Part shown: positions 63,051 through 64,000 of the stretch, in pieces
Layout: each line of letters opens with the position of its first letter
How positions within the stretch are numbered: position 1 is the stretch's first letter
Origin: Macrostomum hystrix
Lineage: Eukaryota; Animalia; Platyhelminthes
NCBI GenBank assembly: GCA_950097015.1
Contig: CATNEN010000002.1
Coordinates: 2,666,001-2,730,000 of the forward strand
Length of the DNA: 64,000 nucleotides
Direction: 5' to 3'
Notes under the pieces: generated by a model
What the model was told of the DNA's origin: nothing
Databases searched by the model: none
The model's input: only the letters and a program-made list of their open reading frames with translations
Position numbers and translations under genes: made by a program

Positions 63051-63349
63051 GCTACCACATGAACTACAGTTGCACAATCAAACTCGACAATGCCATTGAC
63101 AGACGCCACAGTGTAGCGACTCTATTCCTTGGCATCCATTCGCTTCAGTTATCGCCGCTAACATTCAACGAATCCTTATCGCCCCATCAAGCCGAATCGA
63201 TCAGCGGGCAGTCCCCAAATTTGGAAGATTTTCCCGACTTTGACGACTGGCAGAATCCGCCAGACCAGAGCGCTGACGATCACCTGACCAGCAGCTTCAA
63301 CAACTACTGGTGCCTACCTGCCACCGTGACTGTGAGCACAGCACTATGA
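63051..63349 (+). CDS. Candidate terminal coding exon (possibly distal cadherin tail, ends VSTAL*)
   Basis: Open frame with protein-like content (SGQSPNLEDFPDFDDWQNPP...SFNNYW) and several acceptor candidates. The exact junction to upstream exons is unresolved. Confidence 0.4.
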
Positions 63350-64000
63350 GCAAGCAGCCATGGGTTCTAAGCTGCAGTCACTCCCCCTGTTATTCATGTA
63401 TCACCTGCTCTCTCCCGTGTATTCCATAGGCCTTCATTCTGCCTGTCTGTCTTGTCTGCATTTTTTTTCATTCAGCGAGGTCACAAACTTGATGGAAGAA
63501 GTGGTTAGCACTGCCTTGTTATCCGGTTGGTTTGCTGTGCATCAGAAACTTCTGATCTTTGAACGGCTTCGTTCTCTGCGAAAACTGTTTGCATCTTTCA
63601 TTTAATTCTGTTTAAGTTAGACGTTAAAACGTTCAATTCGTTAGTTTTCAGAAAAAAAGTAACAATCTGTCGCTAAAAACGGTAGAGTTAGTATTACCTT
63701 ATGAAAAAGAATAATTTAGAACAAGTTTCTCTGCTTTTGTTGTATCCGTTACTTAGTGTACTTTGAATTTGAACGAATTCGTGCGTAAAATAAGTAACCG
63801 TTAGTTTGGAAACTATAATGCTAAGTAGAGCATTTTAATAAAATATTCCATTGAAACTAATTACTATCGATTAACGATCCTAAAGCGATAAAATCCGGAA
63901 CCAAGTTTTTGTAAAAGAAGCCGAACTTACGGCTAAACAGTTGACCTTCAGCTCACTCGTTTGTTAATTTAATCAAGTTTTGAAAAAATTAACGATCTCC

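Noticed and set aside
62280-63109. FSPPVSFSPLL and GEKRRQEG ORFs
   Set aside because: Translations of the 20-bp purine array.

Overview
Eukaryotic, intron-rich invertebrate DNA with compact GT-AG exons and many GC-rich minisatellites. The style resembles the flatworm Macrostomum, but this is inference and I cannot confirm the species. Three multi-exon genes can be reconstructed by hand with consistent intron phases: (1) a minus-strand secreted perlecan/laminin-like protein (signal peptide, Ig-like, laminin-EGF, one laminin IV domain, two more Ig domains; about 168-5361); (2) a plus-strand Nipped-B/NIPBL cohesin loader (11 exons, 23783-41370, about 2303 aa); (3) a plus-strand cadherin with about 5 EC repeats, a Ser/Thr/Ala-rich stalk, a TM helix and apparently alternative PDZ-type tails (46017 to 59512, possibly to 63349). 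The intergenic 5.7-23 kb holds decayed LINE fragments, nested inverted-repeat (MITE-like) elements, a tRNA-derived SINE family and satellites that appear to arise from TE sequence. The most unusual observations are a codon-structured Tyr/Asp/Lys/Gly (or antisense Cys/Arg) repeat at 5.7-6.8 kb, a shared 20-21 bp motif forming foldback-like elements and a very homogeneous satellite, and the systematic filling of introns with arrays that start right after the 5' splice site. Most long ORFs in the supplied track are artefacts of these repeats. All exon models are manual and untested against transcripts.
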